Origin: Eledone cirrhosa
Lineage: Eukaryota
NCBI GenBank assembly: GCA_964016885.1
Contig: OZ024743.1
Location: forward strand, 289,602,001-289,666,000
Length of the DNA stretch: 64,000 nucleotides
Reading direction: 5' to 3'
Under the pieces are notes generated by a model. It searched no databases. It worked only from the letters and a program-made list of their open reading frames with translations, and had not been told where the DNA came from. Positions 14,903 through 27,113 of the stretch are shown piece by piece. Made by a program: the position numbers and the translations under genes. Within the stretch, counting starts at the first letter, position 1. The number at the start of each line of letters is the position of its first letter.

Positions 14903-15117
14903 GGCGACCTACCTAGGAAATCGTATCATCGTGAGCTCCGCAAAAGTTTGTTGTTTTCAGTTGTTTCAAATTGCCATTTATGGAAAAAATTTTGTTGTTA
15001 AGTGTTTATGAGATCACATAATTTGCTTTCGGAAAAGGACACTCAAAAAGATTGGGGCCTTGAGCCCAAAATTTAAACTTTTATAATTATCAAACAAAAA
15101 ATTTGTTTAAAAAAAAC

Positions 15118-17059
15118 ATGGACGACTCATAGCTACACCAGGCTGACAGCCTTCCCCACAAACTAACACCTCACACCAACACCACCATTGTAAATATTAC
15201 TACGTTTGCCAACACTAAAAATATAAGCAGTAGCAATAATTTAAATTTGTCTCATGCAAACATTCATTTCCCTCCATTACCAATGACTGCAGGTGTTGAA
15301 GTCCCCCCCACCACCACAGCGACAACAGAAACAAAAGAAAAAAATAAATTATCTCGTGACATCGAAATGGATTCACCCAGAATCGACTCTTCCGCACCGA
15401 ACACCACTGACGCCACCACCACCACAACTACAACTAAAAATAACAATAACAAAAACAACGAAAACAACAACAGCAACAACAACAATGAGAATAACAACAA
15501 AAGCATCAAAACCACCGTGTCGTTTGCCAAAGCAGCCAAAAAATGCGAAGCAGTCCAGGTAACTCAGGAGGAATTAGATGAGACCAAGAGAATGGTAAAG
15601 AAAGATGGGAACAGGGTCAGCCTCACTCCCCCCACCTAATAAAATGGAGCATCGGCGCCTAAGCACCGTGTCTTATCGGACGATTAACATAAAATCGCGC
15701 CAAGTGGAACGGGCATCCGAGTCCCAAATCCAAAAAGCTTTGGGACATGTGTGGGCGAAAAAAACCCACATCAGACGTGGGCAGAAATATGGAACCGTGG
15801 ACGTGTTCTTTGGAACACCACAGGAGGCCAGAGAGCACTCCATGGTCCCATTAAAAAGCGACGACTTCACACTCGTCCCAAGCTTATGTGGCAAGAGACT
15901 CGTGAAGATCAGGGTGATCCACGTTCCACCGGCCATCGATATTCCCTGGTTAATGGCTGCCGTCCTCGCCGGCATCGAGGCCAACACCAAGATAATCGAA
16001 ATAGCAAAAGAAAAGCAGGAGAACTGGTCCGGATCTGGGATGGAGCTCCTGATCCAACCGGACCAAAAAAGCATTGAGGAGATCCCAGAGGTAATAGACT
16101 TCACTGACGGCATCCACCTCACCGTAATCGTCGAGGGTAGAAGGCCTAGTTGTGTCGTTTGTGGTGAAGGAACCCACCTAAGCGCTTTCTACCCTCAGGC
16201 TAAAAAGTGGAGGACAGCTCTCTTAACCCACCGTAGTGACTCAACCATCAACACCACCAGCAGCAGAAATGACAGCAACAGCAGAAGCAACTGTAGCAGC
16301 AACAACCCAAGCAACAATACCAAAACCAACACCACCACCACCCAACGCGCCAGAACTAGCACCAGCGCCTACACCATCCACCACGCCACAACCAAAACCC
16401 ACGCCTGTGGAGTATTTTCCACTCCCCGACCTATCGCAACTGGAAACAGATTGTGACGACGAGGAGTGGTAAACGGTATCAGGAAAAAAGACAAAATGAA
16501 AAAGAAGCCAAAAATGAAAAAATCCTCTTCCTTCCCCCTCCAAAAACAAAATACAGAGGGAAACAAATAAACTATCAAACAAAAAAGTTAGGGCAGCTAT
16601 GCCACCATCCACACCAGCATCACCAACCCCATCACCACAAACACCAACACCATCACCATCATTAAGCCCAACACCACCATCACCAACACCACAAAAGTCA
16701 CCAAAAATCGAAACAGAATCAAACCCACAACAAACGCAAACAAAACAAAACAACCAAAACGATACACACTACACAGCATTACATTTGAACAACAACCAAT
16801 TATTACACTACATCCACACAACACCAGCATCAGAGAAAAAGACTACACAACACCCCGAAAGTTCACACCACCTCCACACATACAAATCACTCGCATCACA
16901 CAGAAAACGTACACGACACTAAAACCAAAATTCCCCAAAGACATCGGAGACTTCCGACAAGCACTCTGCAGGAGGATTTATAAGGACATCCTTCCGGAGG
17001 AGGCCACAAGCAGTGAAAAAAATGGAGAAACCATCCTTCCTCTACGAGAAGTAAGGTAA
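15118..17059 (+). pseudogene. LINE B ORF1, frameshifted
   Basis: Asn/Thr-rich N-terminus, SFAKAAKK, IRRGQKYGTVDVFF, VIVEGRRPSCVVCGEGTHLSAFY (knuckle with last C>Y), Pro/Thr-rich tail. Confidence 0.8.
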
Positions 17060-17093
17060 GTGGTCTTTCCCATCTTTTCCACTCCATTTCAAC

Positions 17094-20000
17094 ATGACCT
17101 CACTCAGAATAGGCAGCATAAATGCGCGTGGCTTGGGGTCGTCATGGAAAAAGAGCCACCTGCTCAACGACCTCAGGTCACTAAACATAGATGTAGTGGC
17201 CATCAGCGAGACCAGAATCTCCGAAGCACGGGCCTTCGCACCGATCTTCAGCGGCTACGATGTGTACGCATTACCCAGCCGTCCTAGATCGGGGGTAGGA
17301 GTTGCTGTGCTTTTTCGGAGAGGTTTGGATCACGCCATATGGGCCATCTTCCTGGCCCCAGAAGATAAGTTGGTGGTGCTGGACGTGACCAGCGGAGACG
17401 GGCAAGCTTTCAGGCTAGTGGCCGTCTATGCCCCGACAAGAGCAGGGCGGCCTGATTTCTTCCGGCGTCTGGAGACCTTTCTAGGAACGTCCCGCTCTTT
17501 AGAGTTAGTGGGCGACTGGAACGGGATCTTAGATGCACGCTGGGACTGTGTGGGATTAGCGGATAGGGGAGGAGGGTGCAAGAGCCTCACCAACCTACTC
17601 AGGCGTTTTGAACTGTCTGACAGGTACCGATTGGATTTCCCGAATGTGCCAATATGGACTTGGACAAACCGCATAGGGTCATCCAGATCATATCTAGATA
17701 GAGTATTTTGTAGGGAAATAGATAGGTCTAGCATAGGTTGTCCACAATTCAAAATAGTCAGCTACACGGACCACACATTCGTGTTCTGTGTGCTTGACTT
17801 AGATAGGCTTCATAGACGAAGACCTGGCTACTGGAAGCTAAACGCGTCCTTACCAGCGCGCAAGGCCTACAGAGACTGGATTAGCGAACTAGTTAAGCGG
17901 GCGTTGACGGAGGCCAACAAAACAACAAGTGGTGGTTTGATCTGAAAAGAGCAATTAGAATAGAGTCCATTAGGTTTAGTAAGGCTTTAGCAATATAGAA
18001 AAGTAAAGCAGAGGGAGAATTAGTTAGAAAATTAGACGAGGCGCTTAGCAAAGGCATCGCGACCGACGTACTTGCGGCGAAATTGGCCCTTGACCAATTC
18101 TTCAATGCAAAGCACGAAGGCTGCGTTGTCAGAGCTAGGGTGCGTGCTCTCAGACACGAGGGGACGAAAGCCGTTCAATGGGCCCGAGTGGCGGAGGCGC
18201 GTCGTGGCATCAAGTCACGATTCGGTCTTTGGTGGACCACGACGGGCGTATGCTACTCGATCCCGAGCAAATGTGTGAAGCTTTTCAGCGACACTTCGCA
18301 CAGCTGTTCGGGGGCAGCGGCGGGCCGGATCGAGGGATGGACTTTAGTGTCTACCTCGACGGACTGCCGCGGCTCTCGGCCACTGAGGCGGAGTGTTACG
18401 AAAAGCCGATAACAGCCGCTGAAGTAGGGATGCAATGACTGGCTGCGCAAGGAGTAAATCGCCTGGTTTGGATGGTCGTCCCTATGAACTTTACGTACAG
18501 ATGTCAGACTTGTTCGGAGGCCTCTTGGCGGACGTCTACTGCAACTGGCAACAGAACGGGATAATTCCAAGCTCTGTGAGCCGATGAGCTGTGGCGCTGC
18601 TGAGAAAGGATCCGAACAAGGGGTATAACATAGATAATTTCAGGCCCATAACTCTGCTAAACACAGAGTTCAAGATTTTGGCCAAGGTGCTAGCAAAGAG
18701 GTTGGCGCTTGTCGCTGGTGGTCTGGTGGGAGAGGCGCAGACGTGTGCCATTCCCGACAGATCCATCCACGACAACCTCCACCTCATGCGATACATCGTA
18801 GAGAGGGTAGCTAGGGAACCTGGCACGGGTGGGTCTTGATCAATTTAGACCACTCAAATGCTTTCGATAGGGTCGACCATCGTTACCTAGCGGCAGTCAT
18901 GAGGGCGGCTGACTTTGGGCCCGTCTTCAGAGGCTGGATCGCTGCCATGCACAGCGACATCTGCTCTGTGGTGAGAGTGAACGGTCACCTTTCGGAACCG
19001 TTCAACATTATGCGCTCGGTCCGCCAAGGATGACCCCTCTCGTCCCTCTTGTACGTATTGACTCTCGAGCCATTACTGCACAAACTGGAGACGTTGAGGG
19101 GAGGCCCGCGTGAACTAGGATGCGGAAGATCCGTGTCAGCATATGCGGACGATGTCACCGTAGCGGTGTTGAACGCCAAACACATCGAGGCGATCGGCAC
19201 TACACTAAGAGAATACGAAGCGGTGACAGAAGCAACGATCAACCAGGAAAAGTCAGTGGGCCTACAGCTCGGCACCTGGAGAGGCATGTCCATGCCGTCC
19301 AACAGCGTCGTCGGGCGCTGGACAGACGGACCGGTTAAATTGCTAGGGGTCTAGTTCGGTCCGAACCTCCAGACGGACAAAAACTGGGACGAGGTGACGA
19401 GCAGGATGGCTTCTCTCACCCCAAAATGGGCGGAGAGGAAGCTATCCCTGAAAGGTCGAGCGGAGGTGGCTAACGCGTACATCGCGTCCGTTATCTACTA
19501 CCTCCTGACCGTCGTACCTTGTCCTAAGCCCCGCCTGACTGGGCTGCAGCGTTTGCTCTTTCGCTTTTTGTGGAAGGGACGCGCTCCGATGGTCAGGCGG
19601 CCCATCTGCTGTCAACACCCGCTACGTGGAGGACTGGGCATGCCATGGCTGATGATGCGCAGACACGCGCTCAGGCTACGACATCTCCACCTCTTCCTCG
19701 ACGGTGATCAGCTGTGGGCGCCGTTTGCTAGACTCGTCTTTCCCCAGCTTGTCTCCTTGACGGAGCTGCAGTCCTGGGTCAAGCGAAGACCGAGAGGGAG
19801 CGCTTAGAGACTGGAATGTCTTCAGGCGCTCACAGCCCTCGACCAATCGGGCAATGTGATCGGTGGAAACTCCAACTTGGCGTTCTATAGAGGATTAGTG
19901 GAGGGGAAGAGCGACGACGTATTTGGAGAAACTCTAGGCGTCGACGAAAATCGAGTAGCCAATCTCTTAGGAAGGAATTTCGGGCCGGGGCCTATGGACA

Positions 20001-20500
20001 ACTTCCAGAAATCCCTAGCCTGGCAGTGCTACCGAGGAGCTTTGCCTGTTCGGGATAAACTCTACAGGCATGGAGGTGCCGTCAACCGGGCATGTCCGAG
20101 ATGCGCGCAGGGCGACGAAACCGTCCTGCTCGCACTCGTCCAGTGTCCGAGCATTGCTGACTTGTGGGTTTATGTCAAACACCTGCTGTCACGTGTAGGA
20201 CGGATCCAGCTATCAGCTGAGTCCATCGTGAGGATTGCCCCGCACTTTTCCTTTAGCCGGGAAGGGCAGGCAGTTTTTATCTGTCTGGTGGCCATGGCGA
20301 AAGAGATAGTATGGTGGACACGTTTGAAGACGAGCACTTACCTCTTCGGTGATGCCCTGATTAACTTTTTCAAATTTCATTTGAAAAGGAAAATCAGGGT
20401 AGAGAGGGAAGTGCTCACTTCCCAGCATTTTTTTGAAAGATGGGTGAGAGAAGCAAGTATGGCCCGAGTGAATGGGCCTACTCTGAGTATGTGTCTGTAA
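17094..20500 (+). pseudogene. LINE B ORF2 (APE-RT-Cys/His motif)
   Basis: INARGL, AISET, VGDWNG, SYLDR, YTDH, NFRPITLLNTEFKILAK, AFDRVDH, SVRQG, AYADD, CPRC..ETV..ALVQC. Several stops. Confidence 0.93.
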
Positions 20501-20737
20501 ATTAAAGGTGGAAAACTTGGATAGGGCACTTGCTCTGGTGGTCAGGGTCATTGTGGACTTTTAATGGGCTTTCTCCACAAATGTCCCTCGGAAGTCTCCC
20601 CCCTATTGCGGAATTTTTCATTATTTTTATTACATCCTCTGTTTTTTTACACGCAGAAATGCCCATTTGTACCGTCCTGTATTGTCCTGTACTGTCCTTA
20701 ATATCTACTTTATGTAAACCCTTGTGGTTAATAAAGA

Positions 20738-20768
<31 letters not shown>

Positions 20769-20973
20769 GGTTTAAGCGGACGTATTTTGCTCGCTCACAG
20801 TAAGTCACTTTATTTGCCTGTTTAAATTATTTGTTGTTAAATATTTCTTGTTGTGTAAGGGATATAAGCCCTTAGACTTTGCCCCGTGAAGAGGAAAGTA
20901 TAATATTTGGGCCTTTTGGCCCAAATATTTGAACTTTTTTTACATGTTAAAAAATTTACGAAGAAAAAAAAAC

Positions 20974-22918
20974 ATGGCTGAGCCACGCCCCCCCAGCGAT
21001 ATGTCGGCTCTCGTGCGACAACGACGTAGAAGTTGAGAGGAGCGCTACAGCGAAATTAACACATTGATAACACAAATACTACCACAAACAAGGTAAACAA
21101 AGACACCAATGATACCAATAAGGATTCTAATTTGAAAAAAAATGAGAGTAACAGCGACAACGAAAATACAGATAACAAAAAAACAAAAAACAAATACAAC
21201 AACAATATCAACACCACTAACATGAAAACAAATAGCGACAGCACCAACAGCAACAATACCAACTGCACCGAGAACAACGGTGGCAGCAAAGACAAAATGA
21301 TAACAGCGACAGTGCTAACAACAACACCAACAAGAACAACGTCAACAACACCCCCAACGAAAACAAGACCACTTTCGCTGCGGCAGCAGCAAAAAAGAGG
21401 CCATGCTTCAACATGGACCTCTCAAACAAAGATGAAAAGTTGGCCCAGGCATGGAAGCTCATCAAGCAAGAGCAAACTTAGGCCAACTTAACTGTCTCGG
21501 TAGAAGCTATTGAGGCAGTGGAGCGCAAAACTGTACATTATAGATGTATCTCAGCACAAACCAAAAGGGCAGCATTAATCCCACAAGAAGATATCGAAGT
21601 CGCGCTGAGGTGCATCAGAGAAGACACCCAGTACATAGAGAGGGGCAGACAGTACGGCACCATTTCGATGTTGTTCAAGTCAGAAGGCCTCGCGATGAAA
21701 CACACCATGACTCCTTGCAAAACCTGCAAGGTCATAATGTACCCCTCCCACATGGGAAAAAGAACGGCCCGTCTTCGCATTCCCAGAATCCCACCAGGAC
21801 TTGACATGTGGTGGCTTCTGGGATGTGTGATTGTGGAGGGGACGGATACAGTCCCTATAGAAGTGACCAGAACGGCCAGAGAGGACTGGTCCGGGGTTGA
21901 CCTGGAGATCCTTCTCCAGATCAAGCCCGAGAATGTGACGACAATCCCAGACCACACCCGCCTTCAGAATGGGACTGTCATTCACATTATGACCGAAGGC
22001 AAAAGGCCGCAGTGTTTTGTTTGTGGGGAAAAAACCCATTTGCGAGCCTTCTGCCCTCAACTGCTGAAAGAGGCAAGGGGTCGAAAGGCTCCACTGCTGC
22101 CGACGCCGGGGCGAGGACCACAACCAACACCTGCACCGGCAAAACCACCACCAACAACACCAATAGAAAGACCACCACCAACATTGACACCCAGGGGGAA
22201 ACGAGGAAAGCTTTTAAATTCCCCCTCCCCACAAAAATACACACACCAATAAAACCTTAAACATACATACAGACACACTTACAGAAACAGATCCCTCATC
22301 TACCAGTAGTGAAAATGAGGGAAATCCCAAATACCCCAAAATACAAAAAAGGAAACACAAAAAGAAAAAAAAACTCAACAAAGCACAAAAGCACCCACAA
22401 TAAAAAACGCAGACACCACCCACGCAAACATCTCTCCAATAACACCAACACCACCATCACCATCACCAGAATCCCCCAAACGCGAACAAATATACACACA
22501 AACATCTGAAACCACAGACATCGCACTCACAACAAACACAGATACAACCGAAACAACACCACCAAAACCATCACCACCACATCCACAAAAACAAATAAAA
22601 TCACACCAACAAAACATACAGAACTTCGTGCTCGTCAGGAGGGCCAACAAGGAACTGATGGCCCTCGTAGCACGAAGTGAAAATATACAAAAAGAGGGGG
22701 AAATGTTTAAATCGAGCACATTTCGCGTGCCGGAAGATTTGGTTCTGGTGCGAATGCCGCTCGACATATTCAAAGAAATACGAGACAGCTTTCCTCGGGA
22801 CGTGGGAACCCCGAACGTAAAACGCACTTCAAGACTTTTAAAAGGGTTCCCAAAAGAAACCCCACTAACTATGGAGGTCGAACAACCCGACCTTCACAAG
22901 AGCCCGGAAGGTAAGTAA
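20974..22918 (+). pseudogene. LINE C ORF1, frameshifted
   Basis: IERGRQYGTISMLF, IMTEGKRPQCFVCGEKTHLRAFC (CCHC). Ends SPEGK*. Confidence 0.82.
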
Positions 22919-22949
22919 ACCTTCCTCTCTCTCTGTTTAACCTGCCAAC

Positions 22950-25900
22950 ATGGCCGTATTAAGAGTAGGATATTTAAATGTTTGAGGCCTGGGATCGTCC
23001 TGGAAGCAGGGTCACCTGCTCAACGACCTCAGGTCTATAGAAATGGATGTAATTGCAGTCAGCGAGACCAGGATTTCCGACACGCGCGCACTAGCCCCCA
23101 TTTTCGACGACTATCAGATCTTTGCATCTGTTAGCCAGCCGGGAATGGGAGGCGGGGTCGCAGTGCTGTTTAGGAAAGGCCTGGATCTCGAGATAAGGTC
23201 GATCTTCCGGGAAGTTGGTGGTCCTGGACGTGAAGTTGGTGGTCCTGGACGGGAAGTTGGTGGTCCTGGACGTGAACAATAATGAAGGTGGTGCCTTTAG
23301 ACTGGTGGCCGTCTATGCTCCTACTGGGGCAGGACGGCCGGACTCTTTAGACGCCTGGAAGCCTTTCTGGGTACGTCTCGCCCTTTACTGTTAGCGGGGA
23401 CTGGAACGGCATCTTAGACGCACGCTGGGACTGTGTGGGAGTATCCGATAGGAGCGGGGGGTGCAAACGCCTCAAGAACCTGATCAGCCAGTACCAACTG
23501 TCTGACAGGTACCGACTAGATTTCCCTAATGCGCCAGTATGGACCTGGGCTAACCGCATAGGGTCATGTAGATCGTATATAGACAGGATATTCATTGGGA
23601 AAATAGACAAAAATAGTGTAAGCTGTCCACGTTTTGAAACGGTCGCCTGTTCAGATCACAAGTTTGTGATCTGTATGGTCGACCTAGATAAGACGCGTAG
23701 GTTAGGACCTGGTTACTGGAAGCTAAACATGTAATTTCCGGCACGTAAGGCTTACAGGTACCAGGTCAACAATTTAGTTAAGAAAAAGTTGACAGGGGGA
23801 GTCGTCAACAATAGATGGTGGGGGGCTCTCAAAAGAGAGATTAGAGTAATGTCGATAGAGTTTAGCAAAGAAGTAGCATTAGAGAAAAATAGAAAGAAGG
23901 GGGAGTTGGTAGATAAGTTAGACGAGGCTATTGGTAGTGGCATTGCAACTGATGTGCTAGCGGCGAGAATGGCATTAGACCATTTCTTCAATGCGAAACA
24001 CGAAGGCTGCATTGTCAGAGCTAAGGCGCGTGCTCTGAGAAACGAGGGAACCAAAGCTGTTCGATGAGCCCGCGTGGCAGAGGCGCAGCGTGGTAATAAA
24101 ACCACGATTCGGTCTTTTACGGACCGAGACGGGCTCGAGCTGAGCGATTCCAAGAGGATGTATGAGGCCTTTCGCCAACATATTGCTCGGTTGTTCGGAG
24201 GAAGTGGCGGGTCAGAGATGGTGGCGGACTTCAGTCCCTACCTCGATGACTTGCCGCAACTCTCGACGGCTGACGCCGGGCGCTGCGAAAGGCCAATTAC
24301 TTCAGCCAAGATTCAGGATGCCCTTGTAGGCTGCATGAGGCGCAAGTCACCCGGTTTGGATGGTCTGCCCTACGAGCTTTACGTAAATATGCCAGACTTG
24401 TTCTACAATCTCCTCGAAGCCCTCTACTGCAACTGGCAGCAAAACGGGAGTATTCCCAGTTCTGTGAGCCGGGGCGTAGTGACGCTGATAAGTAAAGACG
24501 AGAACAAGAGGGACACATTAGACAATTTCAGGCCCATAACTCTGCTCAACACAGAGTTTAAGATTTTGGCCAGGGTGTTAGCGAAGAGGTTGGCGCTTGT
24601 CGTCGGGGATTTGGCTAGGGAGGCGCAAACTTGCGCAATCCCAACCAGGTCCATACACGACAACCTCCACCTAATGCGATACATCATAGAGAGGGTAGGG
24701 TGTAAACCTGGCTTCGGTGGGGCTCTGATCGATTTAGGTCAATCGAAAGCATTCGATAGGGTCGACCATCTGTACCTGGAGGCTGTCCTCAAGGCGGCTG
24801 GCTTCGGCCCCGTCTTCAGAAGCTGGATCGCTGCAATGCACAGCGGCACCTGCTCGATGGTCAAAATTAATGGCCACCTCTCGGAACCGTTTCAGGTCTC
24901 CCGATCGATCCGTCAAGGGTGCCCTCTCTCCTCCCTTCTGTACGTATTGACTCTCGAGCCTTTACTGCGGAAGCTGGAGCTGTTGCAGGGCATCCCGTTC
25001 GAACCGGGACGCGGAAAGGCTGTATCGGCTTATGCGGACGACATCACCGTGATGGTGTCGGATACCTCAGAAATCGAGGTGGTCGGCAACTTATTGGAGG
25101 AATATGAAAGGTTGACGGGAGCAAAACTTAACCCGGAAAAGTCAGTAGGCTTGCAACTCGGCACCTGGAGAGGCAAGTCCATGCCGTCCAACAGCGTCGT
25201 TAGGCGCTGGACGGACGGACCGGTAAAGTTGCTAGGTGTTTGGTTCGGGCCAGACCTCCAGGTGGATAAGAATTGGGACGAGGTGACGGGCAGGGTAGTC
25301 AGTCTCACCCAGAAATGGGCTGGGATGAAGCTATCACTGAAAGGTCTGGCGTACATCGCGTCTGTCATCTACTACCGTATGACTGTCGTCCCTTGCCCCC
25401 GTTCGCGCCTCGCCATCTTTTATCGGCTCCTCTTCAAATTCTTTTGGAGGGGTCAGGTTCCGCTGGTGAGGCGGTCCATCTGCTGCAGCACCCTCTACGT
25501 GGAGGGCTGGGCATGCCGTGGCTAATGATGCGCAGTCACGCGCTGAGGCTGCGGCATCTCCAGATATTCTGCCTAAACGGTGAACAGGTGTGGTCGCCGT
25601 TTGTCAGACGGGCCTTTCCGCAGCTTGTTTCTTTGACTGAGTTGCAGTCCTGGGTCAAGAAGAGACCAAAACTGGGTGACTGGCATCTGGAATGTTGCCA
25701 GGCACTGACTGCCCCCTACCAGGCGAGCAATGCGGTCAATGGAACTTCCACTCTCGAGTTCTATAGAGGATTAGTGGTGGGCAAGTGCGACGACGCATTC
25801 GGAGAGGCTCTGGGAGTCAACGAAGTCGAACTAACCAGTCTGTACCGGAGGACTTTCGAGCCGGGGACGATGGATAATTTCCAAAAATCCCTCGCTTGGC

Positions 25901-26406
25901 AGTGCTACCGGGGGGCACTGCCGGTTCGAGAGAAACTCTACTACTACTACAGGCACGGAAGTGCTGTCAGACGGACCTGCCCGAGATGCGCGCAGAGCGA
26001 CGAAACAGTTCTGCACGCACTCGTCCAGTGTCCGTGCATTACTGACTTGTGGAGTTATGTTGAACAGCTGTTGTCGCGTGTAGAACGGATCCGGCTATCG
26101 GCCGAGTCCATAGTGAAGATCGACCCGCTCCCTTCTTTTGACCAGGAAGGGCAGGCAATTTTCCCCTGTCTGGTGGCAGTAGCGAAAGAGGTTGTATGGT
26201 GGACGAGGTTGAAAGGACTGAAGACAGACACTTTTCTCTTCGGCCAATCCCTCATCAACTTTTTCAAGTTTCACTTGGAAAGGAAGGTGAGGGTGGAGAG
26301 AGAAGTGCTGCCCCCCCCCCCCCCCCCCAGTACATTTGCTGAAAGGTGGGTGAATGTGGCGAGAATGGCCCGTGTGAGTGGGACTACTCTGGTCGTGCGT
26401 CTGTAG
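22950..26406 (+). pseudogene. LINE C ORF2 (APE-RT-Cys/His motif)
   Basis: 483-aa RT fragment (KSPGLDGLP, RPITLLN, KAFDRVDH, RQGCPLS, AYADD) and 377-aa C-terminal fragment (CPRC..ETVLHALVQC). APE region broken. Confidence 0.94.
23209..23276 (+). repeat. 21-bp unit x3 inside LINE C endonuclease region
   Basis: G(G/T)GAAGTTGGTGGTCCTGGAC three times in tandem. Single in copies A and B. Confidence 0.9.
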
Positions 26407-27044
26407 GTAGGTAAATTTGAAGAGGAGAGGGGTGCCCTTCCAGGGTGCTCTCGAAGCGTCGGGTCGTTCAGGACTGGTGGGGTACCTGAGCGAACCCTAG
26501 GTGGTCATCCCCCCTATTGGGGAATTTTTTTCTTGTTGTAATTTTATTGTTACTTTACTGTTACTTTGTTATTGTTACTTTGTTTATTCATATTGTTTAC
26601 TCGATTTTTCTGTAAAACCCCACTGTCCCAGTCTTTTGTATTGTCCCCTATATGTCGGCCCTTGTGGCCAATACATGAAATCATTATTATTATTATAATA
26701 ATTATTATTATTATTGTTATTATAACATATTACTGATTGTAGAATATTAGGAGCATTTCTTTTCTCTTTAGTTATTTATTTATAGACAGGATGTCTCGAG
26801 AAGTGAGTGTGCTCGTGACTAAATAACTTAGAGCATGCAGGCTCATTTCTTTAAAGTTCCGAAAACGTTGAATTCACTTTGGATTTTTCAGGTAACGATG
26901 ACAAAATAAGTGGCATTAATATAATATACTACAGCTAATTCAGTCTCAGACGGCAAACTGCTTACATTTAAGCAACCCTTTTTTACGCATATATATACGA
27001 TTTCATTTTATACACACACTGACACACACACACACACACACACA

Positions 27045-27113
<69 letters not shown>

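Larger units (their letters stand above)
14900..20769 (+). mobile_element. L1/Tx1-clade LINE, copy B (full length, disrupted)
   Basis: Starts right after (ATT)n at ~14866-14902. 5' UTR, ORF1 (ATG 15118), ORF2 (ATG 17094), 3' UTR with AATAAA 20730-20735, then (TAT)n. Confidence 0.92.
20768..26720 (+). mobile_element. L1/Tx1-clade LINE, copy C, head-to-tail behind copy B
   Basis: Begins directly after the (TAT)n that ends copy B. ORF1 ATG 20974, ORF2 ATG 22950. Ends TGAAATC-(ATT)n from 26683. Confidence 0.92.

Noticed and set aside
15673-16753. Antisense ORFs over LINE ORF1 regions (also 21538-22827 and 1649-2660)
   Set aside because: Shadows of C/A-rich low-complexity sense sequence, not conserved between the three copies.
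23209-23276. CRISPR-like array
   Set aside because: Contiguous repeats with no spacers, inside a LINE ORF in eukaryotic DNA.
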